Counted from the stretch's first letter, positions 7,511-17,626 are shown. The stretch is DNA of 42,388 bases from Deltaproteobacteria bacterium RIFCSPLOWO2_02_FULL_50_16 (GCA_001798715.1 MGSF01000076.1:1-42388), one strand, 5' to 3'. A program made the numbers and translations. Notes: a model not told the origin generated them from the letters alone.

Positions 7511-8938
7511 CTACTGAACCCATTGAAGAATCGAAGACTTGAGATAAACCCAATATTCACTCCAGGTCATTTTTTGAATAGGGTTTTTTTGGAAAATATA
7601 GTGCGGATCGGCACCTTGAGGAAGAAGGCTTAATTGACAACCACTCGAAGAACTGTCATCCGTATCATCACAGGCATCCCCTGTGCCATCGCTATCATCA
7701 TCGGCTTGGTCGGCATTCGCCGTTGTGGGACAATTATCGCTCCCATTGGCGACACCATCACCATCGGTGTCGGCGGTGGCAGTATCTCCTCCCACATTAT
7801 CACTGGTACTGGTAAGGGTGAAATTCATCCCCGAGACGGTCTCTCCCCCAGAGCCCGATACCGTTTGGGCATGAGTCTGAGAGTCAAAAGTCGGGGCCGT
7901 CGGATTTCCACTGGCCCCATTACAGGGGATGATCCCTGAGGAACCTGTAAAGGAGGCCTCAATATCCTCGACTTCAATGGAGTAGGTTTGTCCGGGCTCA
8001 ACATAGAGTTCATAATCCCCATCGAAACTCGCCGCTGGAGACTGCATCCCCGAGACAAAGGCCACGGCATCACTGCGAGAAAGTGTGGAATCCGAGTTTC
8101 TGGCAATCACGTTGGCACACTGAAACTCCGTCACCCCATCCGTGTCATAGATCGTCCCCGTCACCTTGACCTTGCTGGACAAAAAAGAACCCGAGGGATA
8201 AAGAAAGGCTATCGCCACCTGGTCATCAACATTGAGTGTCTTGATAAAGGCCCCCGTCCCCGGGGTAAAAAACGAATACATGGTGGGCACGACGCTGCGT
8301 GAGGCGATGGAACTGGAACTGGCCTCGGAGACATTGAGTTGTACGTGATTGACACCAAAAAAGTGGCCCAGCTCGTGTGTCACAATCGCTGAAAGATCAT
8401 CATCACCAAAACTCAATGAACCACACCCCGCACTCTCAATACCTGTCAGGCAGGCCGCATTAAAGACCCCCTCTCCCTTCACCACCGTCCCCGTCGTGGA
8501 ACTGTAACTCACGATGCCAGCGAAACCCAAGACGGCGTATTGATTCGGGGTGCCAAAAAATTGGGCAATAATACTTCCATCTTCGTCAAAGACGATGGGA
8601 TTAGTCCCGTCAGAAGTGGGACCACTAGGACAGGCCGAGGCATCATACAAATAGGTGCAGACATTGGAGGTATCCACCGCCACTCCCAAGGATCCCTCGC
8701 TGGCACTCAGACTCGTCCCCGACGCCGTCGTCCAGGTCGTCAAGGCATCCGACACAAAAGAGGTGACATCCTTTCCTCTCACATCCAGATCGGTCTCCAC
8801 ATGAACCGTCACCGTCCCGCTCCAGCGGACAATACTGCCCCCGCTCGTCACCGCATTAGGCCCAAAGGCCCACACCGGCGAGGAAACCCACACCATCATA
8901 ATAATACCCAGCCACAGGACCTTCTTTTGTGCCATCAC
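7511..8938 (-). CDS. Secreted matrixin (metzincin)-type metalloprotease with thrombospondin type-3 repeat and C-terminal SSSSGC motif
   Basis: Signal peptide; HELGHFFGVNH plus Met-turn PTMY; beta-rich domain; DTDGDGVANGSDNCP...DGTGDACDD repeat. Confidence 0.85.
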   Translation of the reverse strand: MMAQKKVLWLGIIMMVWVSSPVWAFGPNAVTSGGSIVRWSGTVTVHVETDLDVRGKDVTSFVSDALTTWTTASGTSLSASEGSLGVAVDTSNVCTYLYDASACPSGPTSDGTNPIVFDEDGSIIAQFFGTPNQYAVLGFAGIVSYSSTTGTVVKGEGVFNAACLTGIESAGCGSLSFGDDDLSAIVTHELGHFFGVNHVQLNVSEASSSSIASRSVVPTMYSFFTPGTGAFIKTLNVDDQVAIAFLYPSGSFLSSKVKVTGTIYDTDGVTEFQCANVIARNSDSTLSRSDAVAFVSGMQSPAASFDGDYELYVEPGQTYSIEVEDIEASFTGSSGIIPCNGASGNPTAPTFDSQTHAQTVSGSGGETVSGMNFTLTSTSDNVGGDTATADTDGDGVANGSDNCPTTANADQADDDSDGTGDACDDTDDSSSSGCQLSLLPQGADPHYIFQKNPIQKMTWSEYWVYLKSSILQWVQ

Positions 8939-8945
8939 TCTTCTC

Positions 8946-9554
8946 CTAGGGCATCAGCTGTTTCACCAAGGGGACAAAATCGCCATAACGGATTTGTTGG
9001 GGCGCCTTGTGAACCATAGACGATTGTTGGGAAGAAAGGGTTTTTGCCTTCAAGACAGGGGAGTTGGAAAGATCTCTAAAAAGACCTGCATTATTGATGT
9101 CGTTGGCAATAAATTTTTGTCCCGAACCATCCTCACGAACACAAAAACGTCCCTGACCCAAACCGATGGGGGCCGCCAATCCCAAAGAACTCTCTTCACT
9201 CAGAAAGACGACACATTCCTCACCCACACTATAAGTGGGCATCCCTTCAAAGGCGGAACCCAAACCGATTTCCCTCAAATCTTTATCGGGGGGGGCCAAC
9301 TGATTAAAAGTGACCGTTGAGCCCACGGATCCCTTAATCACCTCATCGACCTTGAAGGAAACCACAAGGACGTCCCGACCCCCTTGAATCTTGCGATCGA
9401 CCGATGTGCAGTAGCCTCGAAAAATAATGGGGGCCATTTCGGTGAGTTGGAGAAGATTGAGCTGCACGATTGTCATCGCCCCCACCCACGAAAAAGGCAA
9501 CCCTACCAAAATAACAACTCCTAAAATTAGAAATTTTACTCTTTTTCTCATCAT
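8946..9554 (-). CDS. Secreted hypothetical protein, paralog of 10947-11543 (protease partner)
   Basis: Signal peptide; shares FxGxC, VxxVxKGSVGxxVTxxQ, PxF/YxxGExxxxFL and PxGLGQGxF with 10947-11543. Confidence 0.85.
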   Translation of the reverse strand: MMRKRVKFLILGVVILVGLPFSWVGAMTIVQLNLLQLTEMAPIIFRGYCTSVDRKIQGGRDVLVVSFKVDEVIKGSVGSTVTFNQLAPPDKDLREIGLGSAFEGMPTYSVGEECVVFLSEESSLGLAAPIGLGQGRFCVREDGSGQKFIANDINNAGLFRDLSNSPVLKAKTLSSQQSSMVHKAPQQIRYGDFVPLVKQLMP

Positions 9555-9590
9555 AAAAAACCCGCGCAATTAATAATCGTATATATTTTT

Positions 9591-10937
9591 CTACCTGTCA
9601 ATTGGTATTAAGGAACATCCCCCCGATGATTGACCGGATCCTGAGCTTGACGCATTTTTGGTGGTCACAATATCGGTCGTCACTGCCGTCCCTGTTGCAA
9701 TGACCTGCCCGCCCGTATCACAACTGAAACGCCCCTCCAAAATCGCCTCATCAAAACCGCTCGCCGGGGGATCGCAAGGCTCAATACTGGACCCCCCAGT
9801 AAAAACCGATGAAATGCGCTCCACCTCGAGGGTATAAGAAACCCCAGGGACCAATCCTTGAATAACATAATCCCCATTGGCGGCACTGCAATTGGACGAC
9901 GATCCTGTATAGTGAGCCCCCGAGACAAAACTGGTGGCCTCTACAACCCCATTCTCCACTCTCCGGGCCACCACATTGACTCCCTGCATGGGTGTCGTCC
10001 CATCCGACTCGAAGACCGTTCCTTGAATCGTGCAAAAGCGGTTGGCAAAACTGGTATTTCCATAAAGAAGCCCCATGGCGATCTTGTCGTCATGATGCAG
10101 GGAGAGCTGGGCCTCACCATCGACAAAGAGTGGAAACATGGTGGGAATCCCGGCCAAGGCCACTTCATCCCCCCCCGCAGCATTCGTCACCAGATCCAAA
10201 TTGACCTGGGTATGATCGAGCCCCAAAAAATGACCCAGCTCGTGAAAAATGGCCCCCTTAAAGGCATCGATGGAAACCTCGGGATCCTGACAAGCATCAT
10301 TGCTTGCCGCTCCATCAGGGCAATCGATAAAAAGACCATTTAAAACAGCTTGAGCCTCTGTAATAAAAAGAACACTCCCTATACGCTGCACGACTCGAGG
10401 ACCGGCAAATCCCAGGACAGATTGATTCGCCCCTTCTCCCTGAATCAAGTCGACAATGGAACCATCTTCATCAAAAATGATAGGACTCTGCCCTGATCGC
10501 GCCGAACCCAAGACAAAGGGGTCCTCGTCCGTGCTCGAACAATACTGGCCGGAGGGACAATAGGTGAAATGATCGTCGATATTGTCTTCATCCACATTCC
10601 CCAGCCCCTCTCCCTGTGTGATCGTCAACTCAATGATGTTAATATCCGAACTCCCGTCATTTAAGGTAACCACCGACCAACCCGAAAAGAGCTCCTCTAA
10701 TAATTCCAGGGTCTCGGCATTGGAAAGTCGCCCCAAAGTCCCCCCGACTTGTGTCGTGCCTGATGTGGTTTCCGGATTATAATTGATGGTGTTTTGAAGG
10801 ACGCCATTGCCACTGGGAATCCCCCAACCGACCGGTTCACCCGTCGAACTCGAATCGACCAAGATAGCCCCCGCCGCCCAAACGAAGTGGGGCAAAAAAC
10901 ACAAACCGGCAATAATGATGAAATATCGGATTCCCAT
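9591..10937 (-). CDS. Secreted matrixin-type metalloprotease ending in SSGGCSLIPIDR
   Basis: Signal peptide; HELGHFLGLDH plus Met-turn PTMFP. Paralog of 7511-8938 (PIxFDEDGSI, VLGFAG, NVxAR, FTGxSxIxPC). Confidence 0.87.
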   Translation of the reverse strand: MGIRYFIIIAGLCFLPHFVWAAGAILVDSSSTGEPVGWGIPSGNGVLQNTINYNPETTSGTTQVGGTLGRLSNAETLELLEELFSGWSVVTLNDGSSDINIIELTITQGEGLGNVDEDNIDDHFTYCPSGQYCSSTDEDPFVLGSARSGQSPIIFDEDGSIVDLIQGEGANQSVLGFAGPRVVQRIGSVLFITEAQAVLNGLFIDCPDGAASNDACQDPEVSIDAFKGAIFHELGHFLGLDHTQVNLDLVTNAAGGDEVALAGIPTMFPLFVDGEAQLSLHHDDKIAMGLLYGNTSFANRFCTIQGTVFESDGTTPMQGVNVVARRVENGVVEATSFVSGAHYTGSSSNCSAANGDYVIQGLVPGVSYTLEVERISSVFTGGSSIEPCDPPASGFDEAILEGRFSCDTGGQVIATGTAVTTDIVTTKNASSSGSGQSSGGCSLIPIDR

Positions 10938-10946
10938 GTTAAAAAT

Positions 10947-11543
10947 TTAATCTTGGATTCGAATCGTTGGTAATCGCCTTAGGGTCTCAATAAAATTTTC
11001 ATAATAAATGCCTTGGGCCTGTATGGATAAGGCGCTAGAAATCGTTCTTTGTCCCTCCGTACCTTCAGAAACAATAAATTTTCCCTGGCCCAAACCCACA
11101 GGAGAAGTAAAACCCCAATCGCTATCCCCGTATAAAAAGAGAATGACCTTCTCCCCTTTTTGAAATGAGGGCCGTGAGAAACCTTTTGTTGCCGGTATAA
11201 TGTAGGATCCCGGCCCCATGCCAAAAAAGGCCTCCCCCTCTTCTCTCGGCTTCACTCCAAACTGCTTGATCGTCACGCTTTTCCCCACACTCCCCTTGAA
11301 GACGCGATACACTGAAAAGGTCACATAAGTGACGGCCAAACCATTCTCATCAAGATCCTCCTGAAGACCCAAACACTCTCCCTCAAAAACACGATTGGCC
11401 ACCACAGCCATCTGATGCAACGTAAGCGGGAGAACCATGGAGGCATGGGTGACATTTGAAAAAGCCAATCCAATAAACACGGTCAGGCCTATAAATGTGA
11501 AACGTAATGTTTTTGAAAGGTGTCTCGAGAAGGAGGATCTCAT
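10947..11543 (-). CDS. Secreted hypothetical protein, paralog of 8946-9554 (protease partner)
   Basis: Signal peptide ending THA; same conserved blocks as 8946-9554. Confidence 0.85.
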   Translation of the reverse strand: MRSSFSRHLSKTLRFTFIGLTVFIGLAFSNVTHASMVLPLTLHQMAVVANRVFEGECLGLQEDLDENGLAVTYVTFSVYRVFKGSVGKSVTIKQFGVKPREEGEAFFGMGPGSYIIPATKGFSRPSFQKGEKVILFLYGDSDWGFTSPVGLGQGKFIVSEGTEGQRTISSALSIQAQGIYYENFIETLRRLPTIRIQD

Positions 11544-11720
11544 ATGTATTTTTAGCCGCGTGTTAAAAAAGAATTATACCTTAGGGAGAGTGTCTCTCGA
11601 AAGATAATTATGGGTTTTCTAAATTATTCTTGAAAAGATCACTTGTTCCAGTAATATCAGCCCGCTTTCACGATAACATTCTGTTTTTTGATCAGTCTTC
11701 ATGTACCTTAGGAGTAGAGA

Positions 11721-14453
11721 GTGCTTTCTCAAAGCCAAGATAAGACCCTGACATTTAAGAAGATCTTTGGGCTGACCTTGGTGATCCTGGCTATTTCGAT
11801 TTTTTTCAACTTCCCCTATCCGGGATCTTCGGGACGATCCAAGACACCCCAATACCCCTTGACCATCTTGGGAAAAGCGCTTTTCTACATCCAAAACGAT
11901 TACGTGGATCCTGATCTCGTGGATACAGAAAAAATGCTTAAGGGATCTCTTAAGGCCCTAGAAAAAGGTCTGCCCCCTGTATTGGTCCAATGGAAAAAAA
12001 GGGGTTTTGTGCTTCAGGTACAAAACAACACTGAACAATTCGATCTTCCTCAACCCCTCACCTTCTCTGAAATAAAGACCTTGATGAGCCAGGTTTTGGG
12101 TTTTATCAACCATCACTACAACGGGGATACGGGACTCCTGGAGAGGGAACATATCGCCACCGCAGGCCTCCTCGAAAGCCTAGATCCCCATTCCAATTTT
12201 CTCCCCCCCGAGGTTTTTTCAGAATTCAAGGTCAGTACAAAGGGGACCTTTGGTGGCTTGGGGATTGTCATCGGTCTCCGCGATCGTGGGCTGACGGTCA
12301 TCTCAGCCCTGGAGGGAACCCCTGCCCACAAGGCCGGTCTCAAGGCGCAAGACAACATCACACAAATCGATGGAGAATCGACTATTAACATGTCACTCAC
12401 GGAGGCCGTCGGAAAATTAAGAGGAAAGGTAGGCACCACAATCCAAATAGTCGTCCAAAGGGCCAATACTGCCGAACCCCTTTCTTTCACGCTGACAAGG
12501 GCCTTGATCGAGATCAAGAGTGTGGATGGTAAATATCTGAAAAAGAGCAATGCAGGTTTGATCAAAATTAAAACCTTTCAGCAAGACACCCTTTCCGAAG
12601 TTAAAAAATACATCAATAAAATAAACCAGCAGTCTCCCGATCTCAAAGGCTGGATCCTCGATCTTCGTAACAATCCAGGAGGTCTCCTGGACCAAGCTGA
12701 AAAAATTGCGGATCTCTTTTTGAGCTCAGGAGTGATTGTCTCGACGGTGAGCAAAAATCAGATGTTTCGCGAATCTGAATCCGCCAATCCCGGAGATCTG
12801 GAAGAAAAAAAGCCTTTGATTGTTCTCATCAATGAAGGGAGTGCCTCGGCCTCGGAAATCATTGCAGGGGCCCTCCAAATTCATGGGCGCGCCTTGGTGA
12901 TCGGCCATCAGACGTTCGGAAAAGGTTCTGTCCAGACAGTTTATGACCTGCGCGACGGTTCCGCCTTAAAACTCACCATTGCCAAATATTTGCTCGCCAA
13001 TGACATCCCCGTACAATCCATTGGGATTACGCCTGACATCCTCCTTCAGCCAGCCATCATTAGCGAAAAAATCGTCGATCTTCTTGAAAATGAGATGAGA
13101 AGCGAAAAGGATTTGGAACAGAGTTTTAAAGAAGAACCTCTTTTTAAAAATCACTCATTCTACCAAATGAGTTATCTCACTGAAGACGCTCCAGATGAGG
13201 AAACCCTGGAAACAGGACAGGTCAATATTGATTTTGATTTTCCCGTGTTACTTTCTCAGGAGATTTTAGACCATCAAACAAAGGAAATGATCTCCGGCCG
13301 CCTTGATCTCCTGAATGCCGCCAAGCAGGTCCTCCCAAAAATGGAGAATAAAGAATCCGAGAAGATCAAGGCCGCCCTTCTCAAAAGAGAGGTGGATTGG
13401 TCACTCTCAAATGTAGGGGGAAAGCCAAAGGCCGAAATAAGTGTTTGGATCACCAACGAGCAGGGCGAAAAATTGCAAGAATTAAAACCAGGTTCTACAG
13501 CCCACCTTCACCTTACAGTGAAAAATACCGGAAAAGGCCCCTTTGAACAACTCATCGGGGTGATTAAAAGCAAAAACAATTTTTTTAATAATCAGGAGTT
13601 TATTTTGGGACGTATTGAAGCCGAAAAAAACAAATCATGGAAAATCCCCCTAAAAGTCCCCGGATTCATGATAAAACGCAATGAACCCATCACCATCAAT
13701 TTTCAGGAGGGCCATGACCATGCCCCTCCACCCTTTACAACAACCCTCCGCATCGCCGAACCCTCACAACCCAGTTATGCCTTTTCTTATCACCTCCTCG
13801 ACAATGGGGAGGAAGGCTCCAAGGGCAACGGCGACGGCCTTGCCCAGCAGGGAGAAACAATTATCTTGGCTATCAATATCAAAAACACGGGGGGGGTTGA
13901 GAGCAAAGAAACCGTCATCAATCTCGTCAATAAACAGGGAAAAGACATCTTTATTGATAGCGGACGTGTTTCTGTCAAACCCCTTGCTGCCAAATCAGAG
14001 GCTAAAGCCTCCCTCAAGTTTAAGATCGATGGTGATATCATTAAAAAAGAGTTGAAATTTAATCTGGTTTTTCTTGATGCAGATTCCAGCTACTCACTCC
14101 CCTTTAAGCTCAATCTGCCCATCAACGAAGTCCCCCATGAGCCGCCTATAAATACCTGGTATTATCCCCCTCATATAGAGATATCTCAGGGAGACCAAAC
14201 ACTGATCACCAAAAAATCAGAAGCCACTCTTGAAGGAATAGCCAAAGACGATATCGCCATCAAAAACATCATCGTTTTTAATGATGACAGCAAGGTCTAT
14301 TACAAAAGTTATTCTCAGGGTGAAGACAACCAAAATGCAAGGGAGTTTTCCGTCACCTTCCCTCTCCACAAAGATTCCAATACAATCACGGTGCTCACAG
14401 AAGATTACCAGGGGTTAATCTCCCAAAAGCAATGGGTCCTTTGGAAACAATAA
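11721..14453 (+). CDS. S41 family C-terminal processing protease with PDZ domain and long Ig-like C-terminal region (MXAN_5808-like)
   Basis: Motifs LDPHS, FGGLGI, DLRNNPGGLL, SASASEI, TFGKGSVQ; repeated beta-sandwich segments (VKNTGKG, IKNTGG). Confidence 0.9.
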   Translation: MLSQSQDKTLTFKKIFGLTLVILAISIFFNFPYPGSSGRSKTPQYPLTILGKALFYIQNDYVDPDLVDTEKMLKGSLKALEKGLPPVLVQWKKRGFVLQVQNNTEQFDLPQPLTFSEIKTLMSQVLGFINHHYNGDTGLLEREHIATAGLLESLDPHSNFLPPEVFSEFKVSTKGTFGGLGIVIGLRDRGLTVISALEGTPAHKAGLKAQDNITQIDGESTINMSLTEAVGKLRGKVGTTIQIVVQRANTAEPLSFTLTRALIEIKSVDGKYLKKSNAGLIKIKTFQQDTLSEVKKYINKINQQSPDLKGWILDLRNNPGGLLDQAEKIADLFLSSGVIVSTVSKNQMFRESESANPGDLEEKKPLIVLINEGSASASEIIAGALQIHGRALVIGHQTFGKGSVQTVYDLRDGSALKLTIAKYLLANDIPVQSIGITPDILLQPAIISEKIVDLLENEMRSEKDLEQSFKEEPLFKNHSFYQMSYLTEDAPDEETLETGQVNIDFDFPVLLSQEILDHQTKEMISGRLDLLNAAKQVLPKMENKESEKIKAALLKREVDWSLSNVGGKPKAEISVWITNEQGEKLQELKPGSTAHLHLTVKNTGKGPFEQLIGVIKSKNNFFNNQEFILGRIEAEKNKSWKIPLKVPGFMIKRNEPITINFQEGHDHAPPPFTTTLRIAEPSQPSYAFSYHLLDNGEEGSKGNGDGLAQQGETIILAINIKNTGGVESKETVINLVNKQGKDIFIDSGRVSVKPLAAKSEAKASLKFKIDGDIIKKELKFNLVFLDADSSYSLPFKLNLPINEVPHEPPINTWYYPPHIEISQGDQTLITKKSEATLEGIAKDDIAIKNIIVFNDDSKVYYKSYSQGEDNQNAREFSVTFPLHKDSNTITVLTEDYQGLISQKQWVLWKQ

Positions 14454-15389
14454 ATGAACGTCATTTTCGGAACAGAAAAGCTCAAATCCCCCATCAAAAA
14501 TCCTATCATCACCCTCGGTGTCTTTGATGGAGTTCACAGGGGACATCAACACATCTTTGAACTTATAAAAAAACAGGCCAAGAAAAATCGTGGCAAAAGT
14601 ATTGTTTACACCTTCAATCCTCATCCGGTGCGTCAATTGGCCCCTGATGCGTGTCCTCCCATGCTCCTCACCCTCGAGCAGAAAATTGAGACCATTCGTC
14701 GTCAAAAAGTGGATTATCTCATTATTGAGGCCTTTACTCCCGTCTTTTCCAAGCTTTCTCCTGACAAGTTTTTTCAAAAAGTGATTGTCGACCGAATCCA
14801 GGCACGGGAAATTTATGTTGGCTATGATTTTACATTTGGTTGCCAGCGAAGCGGCACTATTGAAACCTTAGAACAGCTTGGGAAAAACCATGGGATCGGC
14901 ATTCATATTGTCCCTGCCTTCTTTTTGGATAACACACTGGTATCGAGCACGCGAATTCGCCAGCTTATTGCCGAGTCAAAAATGTCTTCTGCCTCATATT
15001 TACTTGGAAAACACTACTGTATCGAAGGACATGTCGTGACCGGGCGCGGCATTGGAGGCAAAAAGCTGGGCTTTCATACTGCCAACATAGAAACCCTCAA
15101 TGAACTGATTCCCCCCAATGGAGTCTATGCCACCTTTGTCAAAATCAAACACAAGCGACACTTCAGTGTCACCAACATCGGCACCAATCCAACCTTTGGA
15201 GGAAAAACACTTTCCATCGAATCTCATATTCTCAATTTCAGGAGAAATATTGTTGGTCAAAAAATTTGTCTTGAATTTGTAGAAAAAATCCGTGAAGAAA
15301 TCAATTTTTCAAATGCAATGGATTTGTCGCATCAAATTCAATCCGATATTGAAATCGCCAAATCCCATCTAAGGCGGACACGATGGTAA
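14454..15389 (+). CDS. ribF: Bifunctional riboflavin kinase/FAD synthetase
   Basis: Motifs GVFDGVHRGH, TFNPHP, VGYDFTFG, VSSTRIR, LGFHTAN, NIGTNPTF, IESH. Confidence 0.96.
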   Translation: MNVIFGTEKLKSPIKNPIITLGVFDGVHRGHQHIFELIKKQAKKNRGKSIVYTFNPHPVRQLAPDACPPMLLTLEQKIETIRRQKVDYLIIEAFTPVFSKLSPDKFFQKVIVDRIQAREIYVGYDFTFGCQRSGTIETLEQLGKNHGIGIHIVPAFFLDNTLVSSTRIRQLIAESKMSSASYLLGKHYCIEGHVVTGRGIGGKKLGFHTANIETLNELIPPNGVYATFVKIKHKRHFSVTNIGTNPTFGGKTLSIESHILNFRRNIVGQKICLEFVEKIREEINFSNAMDLSHQIQSDIEIAKSHLRRTRW

Positions 15390-16228
15390 AATTTGTAGGC
15401 GTTATTGGAGATCCGATCCATCATTCCCTCTCTCCTTCGATGCACAATGCCGTCTTTAAAAAGTACAAAATGGATTACCTTTATTTGCCCTTTCATGTCA
15501 CGCCACGACAACTTAGCGATTTTGTAAAGCATGCCAACCTCTGGGATCTTAAGGGATTTAATATCACTATTCCCCACAAAAAAAGCATCATGCGCTATTG
15601 TCATCAACTCTCTTGCGAGGCCAAGCTGATCGGTGCCGTCAATACGGTTGTCATCCGGTCGGGTCAGTGGAAAGGACATAACACGGATTATGAAGGTTTT
15701 TTAACGGCCTTAAAAAAATCTCATTGCCATCCTCAAAACAAGAATGTTGTCCTTATAGGTGCCGGTGGAGCAGCCCACGCCGTTCTCTATGGACTTTGCC
15801 TCCAAAAAGCTCGTTCTGTTATCGTTGTCGATCTTTACAAAAAAACGGCTCAGGGACTGGTCCGCCATTTTCAAAAAAAATTCCCAAAAACATCTCTACG
15901 AGCCCTTTCTTGGAAGGAAGTTGATTTAAAAAAAATATTGGGCGAGACATTTTTGTTGGTCAACGCCTCCCCCATAGGCCTCAATGGCACCTCGTTTAAA
16001 AATCTACCCCTCTCCCATATGCCTCCAAAAAGCTTTGTCTATGACCTGGTCTATACCCCCCTTGTCACGCCTTTACTGCGGCAAGCCCGTCGTCATGGGT
16101 TGAAAACGATTCCGGGCATCGACATGTTTATCCATCAGGGGGCCCGTGCCTTTTACCTGTGGACCCGTCGTCGACCCGATGTGAGACTCATGAAATCCAC
16201 CATCCTCAAATATCTCAAAAAAGCCTAG
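15383..16228 (+). CDS. aroE: Shikimate dehydrogenase
   Basis: Motifs HSLSPSMHN, NITIPHK, GAVNT, NTD, GAGGAA, YDLVY. Confidence 0.95.
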   Translation: MVKFVGVIGDPIHHSLSPSMHNAVFKKYKMDYLYLPFHVTPRQLSDFVKHANLWDLKGFNITIPHKKSIMRYCHQLSCEAKLIGAVNTVVIRSGQWKGHNTDYEGFLTALKKSHCHPQNKNVVLIGAGGAAHAVLYGLCLQKARSVIVVDLYKKTAQGLVRHFQKKFPKTSLRALSWKEVDLKKILGETFLLVNASPIGLNGTSFKNLPLSHMPPKSFVYDLVYTPLVTPLLRQARRHGLKTIPGIDMFIHQGARAFYLWTRRRPDVRLMKSTILKYLKKA

Positions 16229-16264
16229 GTTGACCCCCCCTATTTTTTTTGATACCTTTTTTCG

Positions 16265-16816
16265 ATGGGGTTTCCGAAAAAAGACAAAAAAAAACTCCTG
16301 GGCTTTACCCTCATAGAACTCATGGTGGTCATCGCCATTTTAGCGACGATTGCTGCCGTCTTGATCCCGCGTTTTGTGAGACACCGACTTCAGCTAAAGC
16401 AGGCCGAATGCCGACAGTCTCTTACGGAAATCCTTGAGGCTGAACACTCTTTCTACAATCAACACGGCTCTTACACCAATGACCTAAGGCAACTGGGATG
16501 GACCCCAAAAGGCACTCCCCGTTATCTTTACGGTTTTTTTGACGCCCCCGATGACATCCCTCATACAACAGCGGACCCGGCCATTATCTCAAACTGTAAC
16601 TCCCCTCCCTGCTATTCGACAAAACTGATGACGAAGGGCGAAAAAGGCCCCTTGTATGGCCCCCTAACCCCCCAAGATCTCCCACACACGACCCACGCAA
16701 AAGACCTCACCTTTAAGGTGGGCTGCGTGGCCCAAATAACAAATGATTCTCGATTGGACCAGGCCACCATGGATCAAGAAGGTCATTTTGAACCACTGAT
16801 TCAATTCTATCCTTAA
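16265..16816 (+). CDS. Type IV pilin-like protein
   Basis: Basic leader followed by G|FTLIELMVVIAIL prepilin cleavage/methylation motif. Confidence 0.9.
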   Translation: MGFPKKDKKKLLGFTLIELMVVIAILATIAAVLIPRFVRHRLQLKQAECRQSLTEILEAEHSFYNQHGSYTNDLRQLGWTPKGTPRYLYGFFDAPDDIPHTTADPAIISNCNSPPCYSTKLMTKGEKGPLYGPLTPQDLPHTTHAKDLTFKVGCVAQITNDSRLDQATMDQEGHFEPLIQFYP

Positions 16817-17018
16817 ACCGTCAAAATTCAGACTGCTTTAACTACTTAAATTTGTTTGTTATTTTTACATATCCACACTATGTCGATCTAGGAGGGGGGT
16901 AAAAATAACCCCTTTTCACCCCCATTCCACCTATGAGACCCTTTTTCTCTTTGAAAAAAACAATTGTGATTTCAAATTGTTACAAGTTTTTTGTCAAATC
17001 TTTTCAAATGGGCGGGTA

Positions 17019-17034
17019 TGGCATTGAATTTGCT
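17019..17034 (+). promoter_or_regulatory. Sigma54 (-24/-12) promoter
   Basis: TGGCATTGAATTTGCT has GG-N10-GC. IHF-like TGATTTCAAATTGTTACA at 16967-16984. Confidence 0.75.
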
Positions 17035-17073
17035 CTGATAATCCTAGAGAAGGGAAAAAAGAGGCGAACCACC

Positions 17074-17517
17074 ATGTCCAAACAGAGGATCCTTATTGTT
17101 GATGACAATACGATGATGCTCAAGTTCTGGCAGCGTCTCCTTGCGGGGGAGGCCTATGAGTGCCATACCACCCCTTCTGCCGAGGAGGCCCTTGAGATGA
17201 TGGAGGCCCTTACCATTGACGTCCTCATTACCGATCTTGTGATGCCCCACATGGACGGTTTTCAGCTGATGCGCCAAGTGCATCAACTCTATCCCCATGT
17301 TCAAATCGTTATGACAACGGGTTATTTCTATGATTTCGAAAAATTGCCCCTCCAAAAGACCGATTTGCACAAACTGCCGATCATCCTCAAGCCCTATCAT
17401 GACATCAACAATGTGCAAAACTTTCTTCATTACCTCCTGGAGGTGGAGGGGGGCTTGAAAAGCTATCCCCCCCATGTCACCACATCGGACGGCCGCGTCC
17501 AGTTGTGGACCTTATAG
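17074..17517 (+). CDS. Single-domain response regulator (receiver)
   Basis: Motifs ILIVDD, ITDLVMPHMDG, MTTG, LKP. Start moved to MSKQR, downstream of the promoter and GAGG SD. Confidence 0.9.
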   Translation: MSKQRILIVDDNTMMLKFWQRLLAGEAYECHTTPSAEEALEMMEALTIDVLITDLVMPHMDGFQLMRQVHQLYPHVQIVMTTGYFYDFEKLPLQKTDLHKLPIILKPYHDINNVQNFLHYLLEVEGGLKSYPPHVTTSDGRVQLWTL

Positions 17518-17525
17518 ACACACTT

Positions 17526-17626
17526 TATGGTTTATTAACTTTCAGTGAGTACAGCTTAAATGACCAACCATAAGTATTTCTAACTTTGAATGAGCACATG
17601 AGTACTCATTCAAAGTTGAAATGCTA
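17526..17626. repeat. Dispersed AT-rich MITE-like palindromic element, copy 2
   Basis: Homologous to 2860-2976. Second half is the hairpin AACTTTGAATGAG...CTCATTCAAAGTT. Confidence 0.8.

Noticed and set aside
16933-17073. N-terminal extension of the response regulator
   Set aside because: It spans the sigma54 promoter and IHF-like site. The receiver domain starts at ATG 17074.
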